Source of the DNA: Malacoraja senta
Taxonomy: Eukaryota
Assembly: GCA_038087875.1 (NCBI GenBank)
Contig: JAXLNO010000296.1
Span: forward strand, 1-39,278
DNA length: 39,278 nucleotides
Direction of reading: 5' to 3'
Shown here: positions 1 to 11,093 of the stretch, in pieces
Layout of the letters: each line of letters starts with the position of its first letter
How positions within the stretch are numbered: the first letter of the stretch is position 1
Program-made: the position numbers and the translations under genes
The notes under the pieces: model-generated
Database searches by the model: none
Seen by the model: only the letters and a program-made list of their open reading frames with translations
What the model was told of the DNA's origin: nothing

Positions 1-299
1 TTTCTCTCATGATTTTGTACACCTCTATAAGATCTCCCCTCATCTTCCTGCGCACCATGGAAAAGAGACCCCTCTCTCCATAGCTCACACCCTCTCATCC
101 CTCTTCTCCGAGTACTCCGGTTTCTTCCCACATCAAGTGCAGGTTAATTGGCTTTTGTATATTGTTCCTAGTGTGTAGCATGTAGGATAGAACTGATGTA
201 TGGGCGATTGCTGGTCAACGCTGACATGGTGGGCTGAAGGGCCTGCTTCACACTAAAACTAAAGTACAAATAAAACACACAAGGCCCATGGCATCAAGA

Positions 300-935
300 G
301 TTCAGGAGTTAAGAGTATTTAATAGTCATATATATTGTCCATGGTGTAATGCAATTCTTACGCTGCAGCTTAACAGGCCTGTGAAAGCAATCCACAAAAT
401 AAATATTACAAACAACAAATTTAATAAATTAATAACTATAATGCAAGCGCAAAAAAAAAAGTCTGCAGTGTAACCAAAGACACAGTGCATAGAAGTTCAT
501 AGTTGCTGAGGTTAGTGTTGTGTAGTGTTCAACAGCTCAATGGTTGCTGGGCAGATGCTGTTCTTGAACCTGGAGGTCACGGTTTCCAGGTTCCTGTACC
601 ATCTTCCCGATGGTAGTAATAAGATGAGAGTGTGGCTGGGGTGGTGTTGGTCTTCGATGATATTGGTGGTCTTTGAGGCAGCACCTCCTATAAATACCTT
701 GAGGCGAAGATCCCGACCCAAGACATCACCTATCCATGTTCTCCATAGATGCTGATTCACCGGTTGAGTTACTCCAGCACTTTGTGCCTTTTTATCTTCC
801 TATAAATACCCTCTATGATGGGGAGGTCAGTACCCATGATGGATAGGGTGGTGTCTCTCTGTAATTTCTATCACTCTTGGGCGCTCGAGTGCTAAACCAG
901 GCTCTGTGCTCTCTGTTGTACCCCTGTAGAAGATA
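300..935 (-). mobile_element. Rex1/Babar-type LINE 3' fragment interrupted by a Penelope-derived repeat
   Basis: LLPSGRWYRNLETVTSRFKNSICPATIELLN in ORF 512-760. Confidence 0.8.
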
Positions 936-1479
936 CAGAATTAAACTTGCTACAAAGGCCTTTCTTCCATGTACTCTGTGATCCCTTGGTGGGGAGGATC
1001 TTTTTTTTTTTCAAATGATACACGATAGGCATAACCCATTAACTGAACATTTTACTGTCCATATTTCTATTGAGTCACTATGGATCACCAATATTAAGCT
1101 TCCAACTACATATTTAGAAAAAGTCTGCAAGCATAAAATTGTTGGCATTTGGAGGCAATCTACAGGCAAATAAATGGGAAAGGTTTGCTTCATCTTTGAG
1201 ATCTTGCGTAACTATCTAATTTCTTGAGAGAATGACAGGGCAATATTACCAATAATTTTATTACAAAATCTTTGGACTGTTGTTTGAAAAGAATTGAGTA
1301 AAAAAGACCCATGTTTCATATAGACTTGCGACTTAGTGTCACTAAAATCAATGGAGACAAAACAACAATTAATCAAACACGCCTTGTCCTGACACTCCTC
1401 TCCTTAGGCTTTCTTCCCTCCACCCCACAATCTGTCTGAAGAAGGGTCCCGATCCAAAACAACACCTATCCATGTTCAT

Positions 1480-1665
1480 AAGTTCATAAATTCTTGAAGC
1501 AGAATTAGACCATTTGGCCCATCAAGTCTACTTCGCCATTCAATCATGGCTAATCTCTTTCCCTCTCAACCCCATTCTCCTGCCTTCTCCCCATAACCCC
1601 TGTCACACTTACTAATCAAGAATCTGTCAATCTCCACCGTAAAAATAACCATTGACGGCCTCTAC
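1480..1665 (-). mobile_element. CR1 3' UTR fragment; similar fragments at 1-100, 2078-2205, 3286-3483 and 4460-4610
   Basis: gccattcaatcatggct...ccccattctcctgccttctccccataacccc, shared with the other CR1 ends in the window. Confidence 0.8.
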
Positions 1666-2209
1666 AGCAGTTCTGTTCTCCAGATTTGCTGCCTGACCCG
1701 AAGAGTTACTTCAGCATTTGTGTTTTCTCTTGCAAACCAGCACCTACAGTTCCTTGTTTACACTAATCAAACACCCATTTGTGTCTTGTATGGAGGACAA
1801 AATTATTGCCTATAAATGTATTCGTAGTTAGCTGGACAAAATGTTCTATGTAGTGTTGGGTACATACTTTACTCTGAGGTTACTGATTGGGGTCTATGCC
1901 ATGGTCCTATCCAGAAATAATATGCAATCTCTAAAAATAGTACATCGCCTGAATCCTATGCAAGATATTAGATGACTGTGATCTCAACTGATAATTTACT
2001 TAAATCATTTTGATAGCCGTTACAGTATGTGCCTGCAACCAAATTTCTAAAGGTTTATGCGTCAGAATTTAAGAAGACATAGAATCATGACATAGGAGCT
2101 GAAATAGGCCATTCAGACCATCGAGTCTACTCAGCCATTTGATCATGGCTGATTTAGTTTTCCTCTTAACCCCATTCTTCTGCCTTTTCCCGTATCCTTT
2201 GACATACTA

Positions 2210-3282
2210 GCATGGATAGCAGGTTGGCTGGATGGCAGAAGACAAAGTGGGCTTTTTCTGGCTGGCTGTCAGTGATTAGTGGAATTCCGCAAGGGACGGT
2301 GCTGGGGCAGCTACCCTTCACGTAGTATACTAATGATTTGGACAAGGGGATTGAAGGCTTTGTGGCCAAGTTTGCAGATGATACAAAAATAGGTGAAGAG
2401 GCATGCAGTGTAGAGAAAGCAGGGATTCTGCAGAAGGACTTGGATAGGTTGGGAGAGTTGGTAGAGTAGTGGCAGATAGAATATAATGCAGCAAAGTGTG
2501 GAGTCATGCATTTTGGTAGTACGAGTAAAGGCGTATACTATTTTCTAAATGGGGTGAGAATCCAGAAATCTGAGGTGCAAAGGGACTTGGGAGTGCTGGT
2601 GCAGGATTCCCAAAAAGTTAATCTGCCTTGTCGAATCGGTAGTAAAGAAAGCAAACTCAATGCTAGCATTTATTTCAAGAGGGCTTGTATATAAAAACAG
2701 GGATGTGATATTGAGGCTCTATAAAGCGCTATTAAAGCCGCATTTGGAATATTGTGAGCAATTTTGGGCACCATATCTGAGGAAGGATGTGCTAGCTCTG
2801 GAGAGGGTCCAGAGGAGGTTTACAAGAATAATCCCTGGAATGAGTAGGTTAACCTATGATGAGCGTTTGTTGGCACTGAGCCTGTACTCGCTGGAGTTTA
2901 GAAGAATGAGGGGGGACTTCATTGAAACATACAGAACAGTGAAAGGCTTGGATAGAGTGGATGTGGAGAGGATATTTCCATTAGTGGGAGAGTCTAGGAG
3001 GTCATAGACGTTCTTTTAGGAAGGAGATGAGGAGAAATGTCTTTAATCAGAGGGTGGTGAATCTGTGGAATTCTTTGCCACAGAAGGCTGTAGAGGCCAA
3101 GTCAGTGGATATTTTTTAGGCAGAGATAGATAGATTCTTGGTTAGTACATGTGTCAGAGGTTAAGGGAAGAAGGCAGGAGAATGGGGTTAGGAGGGAGAT
3201 ATATAGATCAGCCACGATTGAATGGCAGAGTAGACTTGATGGGCTGAATGGCCAAATTCTACTCCTATTCCTTATGACATGA
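2210..3282 (+). mobile_element. CR1-clade LINE 3' portion (degenerate RT/ORF2 plus 3' UTR)
   Basis: KFADDTK motif at ~2368. LYKALLKPHLEYCEQFWAPYLRKDVLALERVQRRFTR in ORF 2660-3007. Frameshifted. Confidence 0.92.
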
Positions 3283-4982
3283 CCATACTAATCAAGAATC
3301 TGTCCACCTCCGCCCAATGTCTTGGCTTCCACAATCGTCTGTGGCAATGAATTCCAGATTTACCACCCTCTGGCTAAAGAAATTCCTCCTCAACTCCATT
3401 CTAAAGGTACATCCTTGTATTCTGAGGCTGTGCCCTCTGGTCCTAGACTCTCCCACTAGTGAAAACATGCTCTCCACATCCACGTAATTCTGATTCTCCA
3501 CCTGAAGAAATTCCTCCATAACACCCTGGTTGACAAATGATCATGTGAATAGTGGTCCAGTTTTATTTTAATATGTAAGCTGCAGATTCACATTCTAAAA
3601 CTATTTAAGTGCAGCAAATATCAGATTGATCAACCTAAAAGCTTGTTTTTTTCCCGTGGCCACAGTGCCCATGCAGGCAGTGATTATGATGCAATTAATG
3701 CAATTAAATTCTCATGTAATAACTTTGCTTCATTGAAATCTAATGGATTAATCTGAAGGCATTGTTGTAATTACCACTAAAGTGGCCCACTTCACCATTT
3801 CCATTATCGATACTGTCATTGTGTCAGTTTGAATGTGCTCATGGCCAGATGATATGTATTTTAAGAAGTGTTAAATGAAGTTATACCTGCACATTGTGTG
3901 CAGAAATGCAGTATTCCTTTTATTCTGATCTCATTCTCATGTTTAGGTCATTTCTATATATTATACTAGTTGACATTTGAAGTCAAGAGATTCCGGGTAT
4001 AGGGATTTCAGCATATAATTTTTTTTAATGGTACTGTAATGAGGTTTTAAATACAGCAACGCAGCTTGAAGTAAAATCAGGGGGATTATATTAGGGCCCT
4101 CAATAAAATGAAACCATACAAGACAAACACACCTACCTCTCCTCCCTTTCCCTATCTTCAGCAATGTTATTTCAAAGATCCAACCTGCTTAAATAAAGGT
4201 GGCATGCCTTTTGCATTTTATATTATGTCTAAAGTATCAAGGTAACTGGGAAATATCAAAAGCCTCAATCAATTTGAAGATGTCATTTTGTGCAAAATGA
4301 TCGGTGAAGATGATCTTGATTAAAAGGGTTAACCCAAATAAAAGGCAATGTACTTTTAAAAGAAAACAATTCACATGAAATAAGTAAGTCAGAAAGTTAA
4401 TATACCAATGTTTTATTGTCAGTTTGATTAGATATTTTGTACAAAGGAGAAAAGCCCAAATCCCTCCATTCCCTGCATATCCATGTGCCTATTCAAAAGT
4501 CTCTTAAACGCAGCTATCGTATCTGCCTCCACCACCACCCCCGGCAGCATGCTCCAGCACTCACCACTCTCTGTGTAAAAAACCCAGCATATCTCCTTTA
4601 ATCTCTCCTATAATCTCTGAAACCTTGCCCAATAGTTTCCTGAATTACTTCTGACTTTCTTTTTTAAAATAGCTATCACATCGGTCATTCCCCCCTCTTC
4701 TGGTGTACATCCAATATTCATTAAAGCTCTGAAATATAGGAGTCAGATTGAACGCTGGGCTTTTGATGCAGGAGGAGAGAGAAGGGTCTAATACTCATGA
4801 GAATGCTTCAGGATGTGGAGAAGAGACCTTCCCCCCTCCACCACACTCCCATGATTTTAGACTCTGCCTGCACCACTCCATCTGCTGGATAGATAATTTA
4901 AAAAACTTAGATATCCTACACTTCTACACATGCATAGATGATAACTTCAATCATTCAGTTTCTTAAGGTAGAAGGGGCATGG

Positions 4983-5013
<31 letters not shown>

Positions 5014-5315
5014 CTGTGTACCAGGCACGTGCTGTGAGTAATTACTCAAGGTAGGCGGTCAGTCGGCTTTAAAAAAAAAATTAAACCGCGCATGCGCAGA
5101 TTGTTCTCTCCGTAAAAATAAAAAATAAAATTAAAACCAGTAACAATTCAATTTGCCCATGGCTTCCTAGTCTCCATTATTCTTAATTACTGAATGGGTG
5201 GGGGTGGTGAAGGGTGATGGCAGGTGGAGAGATGGTGGGAATAACGGGAGCACATGGAAAAGTTGAATCAGTTGTCATCTTATTGAATGACGACACTTGT
5301 TCAAGGGACCAATTG

Positions 5316-6589
5316 GGGGGAGAGTTCCTTTCACAGCGTGTGGGGAGTCTGGCCAGGGGTTAAAGTTGCGGGGAGGGCAGGAGTGTTGAGAAGGAGGGGG
5401 TCGGGGATAATGCCTATAAAGGCTCTGTCTTACCTGTTTGCGGTCATCGGCGGTGAAGCGCGGCATCGCCGGTCGAGGGGACCGCACGGCAACGGCGAGA
5501 GCGCCGAGCCTATCCACGGGAGCGCCGCACGGATGCTGCGCGGGGGCCGAGTAATTCAAATACGGCTGGTCCCACGTGCTTGCGGTAAGTAAAAAAAAGG
5601 GCGGGCCGACTGCGATGACGTCGGCCCGCCGCACGTGACTCACCAGCGGCGGCTGTGGCGGCGGCTGTCCTGATCGCGGCGCTGTAGCGGTGGCTGTGCC
5701 TGCGGCCGTGCCGCACACGTGCCTCACTGGCGGAGGCTGTGGCAGTGGAAGTTTGGCGCACGGCGCTCGAGCCACACTGGCGGCGGCCCGTGCGGGCGGC
5801 CGTGCCGCACTCGTGCATCACTGGTGGAGGTTGTGCGGTAAGAATATAGTTTTCAACAGTGTAGGTTTTATTTTAGCACCTTGCGGTGTTGGGAACACCG
5901 CCGCACGGCCCCGGAATTGTGCGTTCTCACGAGTGCGCGGTCTATGGCGGCAGATTCTTCCCGTTTCGCCGCCAATGACCGCAGACTCGTGAGACAGGCC
6001 TTTAACTCACTCACTCACCGCTGCCGCGGCTCTCCGGGCACGAAGCCACCGCATTGTAGCTGGGGATAGAAGCAGCTCGGGTAGCTGCGAGCGGCCACCG
6101 GGACCTGACAGCAGAACTGGCCGCCACTTCAGCACCTTCTGCCGGCCCGCTCACCTCTGGCAGCGCTCTCTGTCTGAACACCTCTCACCTGCTTCTCGCC
6201 GACTTCGCTCATGTCAGACGCTTCCCGCAAATCCTTAAATTCCCACAGCTGAGTAACCTCAATCGCGCTGTCGTTATTTAAGGATTTGCGGGACGCGGCT
6301 AACATTAGTAAGGCCGGCGAGCGGCAGGAGTGAGGTTTTTAGACGGAGAGCTGCCAGAGGTGAGCGGGGGCCGGCAGAAGGCGCTGAGGTGGCGGCCGGT
6401 TCCGCTGTCCGGCCCGGCGGCCGCTCGCAGCCACCCGACCTGCTTCCATCCCCGGCCACAATGCGGTGGCTCCGTGCAAGGAGCGTCGCAAGTGGCATGA
6501 TCCCGACCCCCTCCTTCACAACATTCGTGCCCTCCCCGCAACTTTACCCCGGGCCAGACTCCCCACACGCTGTGAAAGGAACTCTCCCC
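5316..6589. repeat. Long inverted repeat: left arm 5316-5415 plus ~6020-6240, right arm 6276-6589, loop ~35 nt
   Basis: For example cccgcaaatccttaaat / atttaaggatttgcggg at the centre and gagagttcctttcacagcgtgtggggagtctggcc / ggccagactccccacacgctgtgaaaggaactctc at the outer ends. Confidence 0.9.
5420..6001. mobile_element. PIF/Harbinger-type MITE nested in the hAT element
   Basis: Imperfect ~45-bp TIRs AGGCTCTGTCTTAC..TTTGCGGTCATCGGCGGTGAAGCG / CGTTTCGCCGCCAATGACCGCAGACTCGTGAGACAGGCCT, flanked by TAA / TTA. Interrupts the left arm of the host palindrome. Confidence 0.75.
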
Positions 6590-7496
6590 ACACCCCGGGA
6601 AATACGGTATTTAAAAACATAAAGCACCAAGAAATGTACTTACCACATTATCGGTACACAAACTCCATTCTTCTCTCTGTTTCGTAAGATACACTGAAAA
6701 TAATGACATATTTGAAAACCCCGCCAAGAAACTAGCGCTGCGCATGCGCAGTAGGCTGCTGCACCTGCGCAGTGCTGCAAAGGCAGAATTTCAGCTGCCT
6801 TCAGCCCCGCTTGAAATTGACGGCTTGAAGCAGCGCCGACGGCACGTGGGCTGCACAGACCTTCAAGGGTTATAGGTGCTGCGGATGAAAGGCACGGAGA
6901 GTTATGCCTACCTAAGAGATCGATCTCTTAGATAGGCATAATTCTCCCGTGCCTTTACTATTTATATTTAGTAATTACCATTTTATAATTTTAGTCAGGG
7001 TAGGCAGTGCCTACCTTGCCTACCCTGACGGCACGTGCCTGCTGTGTATGTGTGTCTGTGTGTGGGTGTTAGTTTGTGTATGTGTTTATGTGTTCATGTT
7101 TGTGTCTCTGCGTGTGTGTGCGCGTGTGTGTGTCCGTGTGTGCAAGGTAGTGTACAATGTCTGGTTTTATGGAACATATTTGATGGGTTATTACTTTACT
7201 GTTCTTCCAATGCTCTAATGCTCTGAATCAACTGACATCCTTCCCTTTACCCATATACACTGTGTTTCACTTTTTCTCAACCATCTCATCAGTACCCCTC
7301 TTTCTTCAATACTTACAGTCTACCACCTTCTTTGTCCCACAGCAAAGCCACCAGGAAGTCAGCAAATAACAGGCTGATGAAGCATTGTCAGTAACTCAGC
7401 TGCCCTTGCCTGATGCTACTTCTAGCACTGCTGGCTTTATCAAATTCAAACTCAAGGGGTCTAATCTATTAACAAACTGAATATCTCTTGGCATTA

Positions 7497-7697
7497 AAAA
7501 AGACAGTGCTGGAGTAACTCAGCGGGTCAGGCAACATTTCTGGAGAACATGGATAGGCGACGTTTCGGGTTGGGACCTTTCTTCAAAGCTGAAACGTTGC
7601 ATATCCATGTTCTTCAGAGATGCTGGTTTACATGCTGAGTTATTCCAGCACTATGTATCTTTTTTGGTAAACCAGTATCTGCTATTCCTTGTGTTAC
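7497..7697. repeat. Palindromic Penelope-terminus-derived short repeat; related copies near 700-790, 1435-1478, 1675-1760, 17548-17640, 20838-20930, 23908-23995, 30750-30862, 31051-31148, 31365-31475 and 33940-34060
   Basis: gtgctggagtaactcagc...ggagaacatggataggcgacgtttc followed by its reverse complement gaaacgttgcatatccatgttcttcagagatgctg...gctgagttattccagcac. Confidence 0.75.
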
Positions 7698-7724
7698 ATT
7701 CCTTGGTGTTAACCTGTCATCCAA

Positions 7725-8022
7725 CAGCAAAAAGTTGTGAACACTGTTCAGTCCATCACCAGCTCTAACCTCCCCACCATCGAAGGAATTTACTGGAGTC
7801 GCTTCCTCAAAAAGGCAGCCAGCATAATCCGAGAACCAAACCACCCTGGCCACACACTCATTTCATCCCTGTCATCGGGAAGAAGGTACAGGAGCCTGAA
7901 AACTGTAACGTCCAGGTTCAGGAACAGCTTCTTCCCTACAGCCATTCGGTTATTAAACACTACAACCTCAAATATGTTCTGGACTACATAGACTATTATT
8001 GTTATTATTGCACTATTATTGT
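7725..8022 (+). mobile_element. Rex1/Babar-type LINE 3' fragment
   Basis: KKAASIIREPNHPGHTLISSLSSGRRYRSLKTVTSRFRNSFFPTAIRLLN in ORF 7737-7991. Confidence 0.85.
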
Positions 8023-8027
8023 TTGGT

Positions 8028-9450
8028 TCACGGTAGGGTTGGTCTCCCAACACAATATTCCACGTCCACCAATTCCAACATTGGTGGCCAGTGGGGGGGG
8101 GGGGGGGGTTCTGGAGCGCTAGCATGGGTGTTGTGGGTCAAGTCAAGTCAGGCACAATGAGTGCTAGGCCAACAATCCATTCAATCCATTTCATGTCAAG
8201 TCAATCCATTTCAAGTCAAGTGAAGTGAAGCACAGGGCAGGCGGAGCCAGCCAACAATACAATCCATTTGCTTTCATTTCAGGTGAGGTCAAGCAAAGCA
8301 AAGGCAAAGCAAAAGCACAGGGCAGGCGGGGCCAGCCAACAATACAATCCATTTGCTTTCATTTCAGGTGAGGTCAAGCAAAGCAAAGGCAAAGCAAAAG
8401 CAAAGGCACAGGGCTGGGCAGACGGGGCCAGCCAACAAACAATCCATTTGCTTTCATTTCAGGTGAGCTCAAGCAAAGCAAAGGCAAAGCAAAAGCAAAA
8501 GCACAGGGCAGGCAGGGCCAGGCAACAATACATTTGCTTTCATTTCAGGTGAGGTCAAGCAAAGCAAAGGCAAAGCAAAAGCAAAAGCACAAGGCAGGCG
8601 TAGCCAGCCAACAATACAATACATTTGCTTTCATTTCAGGTGAGGTCAAGCAAAGCAAAGCCAAAGCAAAAGCACAGGGCAGGCCAAACAATTCATTTCA
8701 TTTCCATTTGCATTTCAATTTCAAGCACTGGGCAGGCCAAACAACTTATTTCATTTCATTAAGGCTAACAAATCATTTATTGCAAGCACATTAAGGGTTA
8801 ACAAATCATCATTCATTGCAAGCACATTGCTGTCAAACAAATCATTTATTGTAAGCACATTAAGGGTTAACAAATCATCATTAATTGCAAGCACATTGCT
8901 AGCTAACAAATCATTAATTGCAAGCACATTAAGGATCAACAAATCATCATTCATTGCAAGCACATTGCTGGCTAACAATTCATTTATTGCAAGCACATAA
9001 AGCACATAACCACATAAAGCACATAAACCACATAAAGGATAGACTCACAGTTCAGTAGACTCACAGTTCAGTAGACTCACAGTTCAGAAGACTCACAGTT
9101 CAGTAGACTCACAGCAGAATCAGAGTTGTGGCCTCTCCCTCGCGATCTTTCAGTGACTGACTCACGTCCAGGCATCCAGGGTTTTATAGTCCTGCCCTCC
9201 TCCCGGAAGGGGCATTACCTTCATCAAGATGATTGACAGGCGAGAAGAACAATCAGCTGATCTCAAGATTTTTTAAACACTCATAATTTTTTTATTTTTC
9301 ATCGATCGGAAAAATCCCCGGGGCTGCCTCAGCGGAGGAGGACTGTGAATAAGATGGCAAAAATCATAGCAATATAGGGTAGCATTTTTTCTAAAATCAA
9401 TATACAGCACAGACAAGAAGTGGTCAAGATGAGACTTTTAGTTATATAGA
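8028..9450 (-). mobile_element. Non-autonomous Helitron, 3'-truncated, same family as 11581-13807
   Basis: Minus-strand 5' end A|TCTATATAACTAAAAGTCTCATCTTGACCACTTC at 9450. 8028-8138 is the reverse complement of ~13660-13775 but lacks the terminal hairpin and CTAG. Confidence 0.8.
8230..9115. repeat. Series of minisatellites inside the Helitron: ~85-100-bp unit (catttgctttcatttcaggtgaggtcaagcaaagcaaaggc...), ~30-bp unit (taacaaatcatttattgcaagcacatt), 16-bp unit (aagcacataaccacat) and 16-bp unit (gactcacagttcagta)
   Basis: Directly visible tandem iterations at 8230-8690, 8760-9000, 9000-9036 and 9041-9113. Confidence 0.9.
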
Positions 9451-9580
9451 TATATCAGGGGCCACGGAGCATTTTTGAAATTGGGGGGGCTGAGCAATCA
9501 CTGATCACTGGCCTTGGGGGGTACCCGGCAAGGGAGTGGAGCGACCGAGTGGGGGGAGGGTGTGGGAGGTGGGAGGACCT

Positions 9581-9685
9581 CCAAAAACTGGGGGATAATA
9601 ATACAGGCCATCCCCCACTTCAAAAAGTGGGGGGATATATCCTCCATCCCCGCCCCTCCCCCCCCCCCCAGGATCGACGCCAGTG
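9581..9685. mobile_element. Right-end fragment of a second hAT-like MITE nested in the element above
   Basis: Iterated GGGGGAT/ATCCCCC subterminal motifs ending ...CCAGGATCGACGCCAGTG (terminal TG). Confidence 0.5.
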
Positions 9686-10017
9686 CCTTCCACGGTACAG
9701 AAAATTTGACAAAAAAACTTTTAAATGTGTTATAATTTCAAGTGCTATTTTTTTTGTTTGTAGTTGGAAAACGGGACTAGAAATAATCATAACTTTTCAT
9801 GATTTTGCAAAGTTATACAAATTATGTTTTGCTTAGGGAAAAAATCTGAGTATTTTGAAAGTATGCGTTCTCCTTTTGACGTATATTTCATTTTGATTTG
9901 AATTTAGAATCATCAAACCATAGCATTAATAAAGGGGTTATATGTTTGTGGAAACTTTACTTTTTTTAAAGTAAGACTTTCGATAAATCTAAAAAGCATT
10001 AGAAATATACATTTCAA

Positions 10018-10330
10018 TGCACTGAGTCTCTTGCCCGGAGTAGGTGAATCAGGGACCAGAGGACAGATTTAAGGTGAAGGGGAAAAGATTTCATAGGAAT
10101 CTGAGGGGTAACTTTTTCCACACAAAGGATGGTGGGTGTATGGAACAAGCTGCCAGAGGAGTTAGTTGAGGCAGGGACTATCCCAACATTTAAGAAACAG
10201 TTAGACGGATCCATGGATATGACAGGTTTGGAGCGATATGGACCAAAAGCAGGTAGTGTATCAGGGACATGTTGGCGGGTGTGGGCAAGTTGGACCGAAG
10301 GGCCTGTTTTCACCTGTATCACTATGACTA
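10018..10330 (+). mobile_element. CR1 3' fragment
   Basis: VGVWNKLPEELVEAGTIPTFKKQLD plus 3' UTR gggcctgttt...actatgact. Confidence 0.85.
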
Positions 10331-10396
10331 CATTATACCTCCACCATGCATGAATTCTTTAAAATCAAGTGGTTGAGTTTTATTGCCACTCAAGCA

Positions 10397-10735
10397 TAGA
10401 AACAATGAAAATAGGCGCAGGAATAGGCCATTCGGCCCTTTGAGCCAGCATTGCCATTCAATATGATCATGACTGTTCATCTAAAATAAGTACCCCTTTC
10501 CTGTTTTTTCCCCATATCCCTTGATTTCGCTAGCCCCAAGAGCTAAATGTAACTCTCTTGAAAACATCCAGAGAATTGGCGTCCACTCCATTCTGTGGCA
10601 GATAATTCCACAGATTCACAACTCTCTGGGTGAAGAAAGTTTGTCCTCATCTCTGTCCTAAATGTCCTACCTTTTATTCTTAAACTGTGACCCCTGGTTC
10701 TGGACTCCCCCAACATCGGGAACATTTTTCCTGCA
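10397..10735 (-). mobile_element. CR1 3' fragment
   Basis: MFPMLGESRTRGHSLRIKGRTFRTEMR in ORF 10543-10725. Confidence 0.85.
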
Positions 10736-10841
10736 GTTACAGTAATTGAAAAATCTAGCAGGCAAGCAGGATGCTTTCTCCAACCACCCCCACTTGAAGG
10801 CCACTATCTTCCACCACTTCTACCCAGTGCTTGGTACCTAC

Positions 10842-11093
10842 TTCCAGCAGCCACTGGTTGTCCTCCAGGATGCACTGAGCCGCAGCCTGGTTCATGCCGG
10901 TCACCAGGGCGAATTCGGCGCAGAGACTCTCACGGCAGCGGCGCAATGCTTCCGACGCCTCCGACGGCCCGGGACTCTTGCACTCAGGCTGCTCCATGGC
11001 CGGAGCTGCAACGAGCGGCTCGCCAGCCCGGCAAACACTCACCAGCCCCGGCTCCCCGTCCGCATCTGCCCCCGCCGCTGCTTCTGCTTCCAT
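10842..11093 (-). CDS. TDP2: TDP2 (tyrosyl-DNA phosphodiesterase 2) first coding exon, N-terminal UBA-like domain; either the true exon 1 or a captured orphan copy
   Basis: ATG at 11093-11091 gives MEAEAAAG...RRCRESLCAEFALVTGMNQAAAQCILEDNQWLLE, matching the recalled vertebrate TDP2 motif RRLLCVEFASVASCDAAVAQCFLAENDWEME. It ends at a phase-0 donor GAA|GTAGGT (10841-10836), where I recall vertebrate TDP2 intron 1 begins. 252 nt (84 codons) in a short CpG-rich patch. Confidence 0.85.

Larger units (their letters stand above)
5022..7041. mobile_element. Non-autonomous hAT-type DNA transposon (2020 bp)
   Basis: 11-bp perfect TIR CAGGCACGTGC (15/17 when extended), subterminal (A/G)GGTAGGC motifs at both ends, 8-bp TSD ctgtgtac (5014-5021) / ctgtgtat (7042-7049). 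Inserted in a (TG)n tract. No transposase ORF. Confidence 0.9.

Noticed and set aside
4620..4735. Minus-strand tatttcagagcttta initially resembling TDP2 exon 2 (RAL...)
   Set aside because: Frame after the AG does not give RALNS.F. The sequence matches a decayed CR1 ORF2 segment (...PIFKKG...PGNYRP-like).
5275..6687. Cluster of overlapping 60-166 aa ORFs on both strands in a CpG-rich patch, resembling a promoter or gene
   Set aside because: Entirely inside the hAT element and nested MITE. Stop-poor because of GC content and palindromy, with no protein motif or transposase residues.
8268..9005. Repetitive ORFs (KAKAKQK..., LNVLAINDLL..., LRR-looking)
   Set aside because: Translations of non-coding minisatellites whose unit-length changes break frames.
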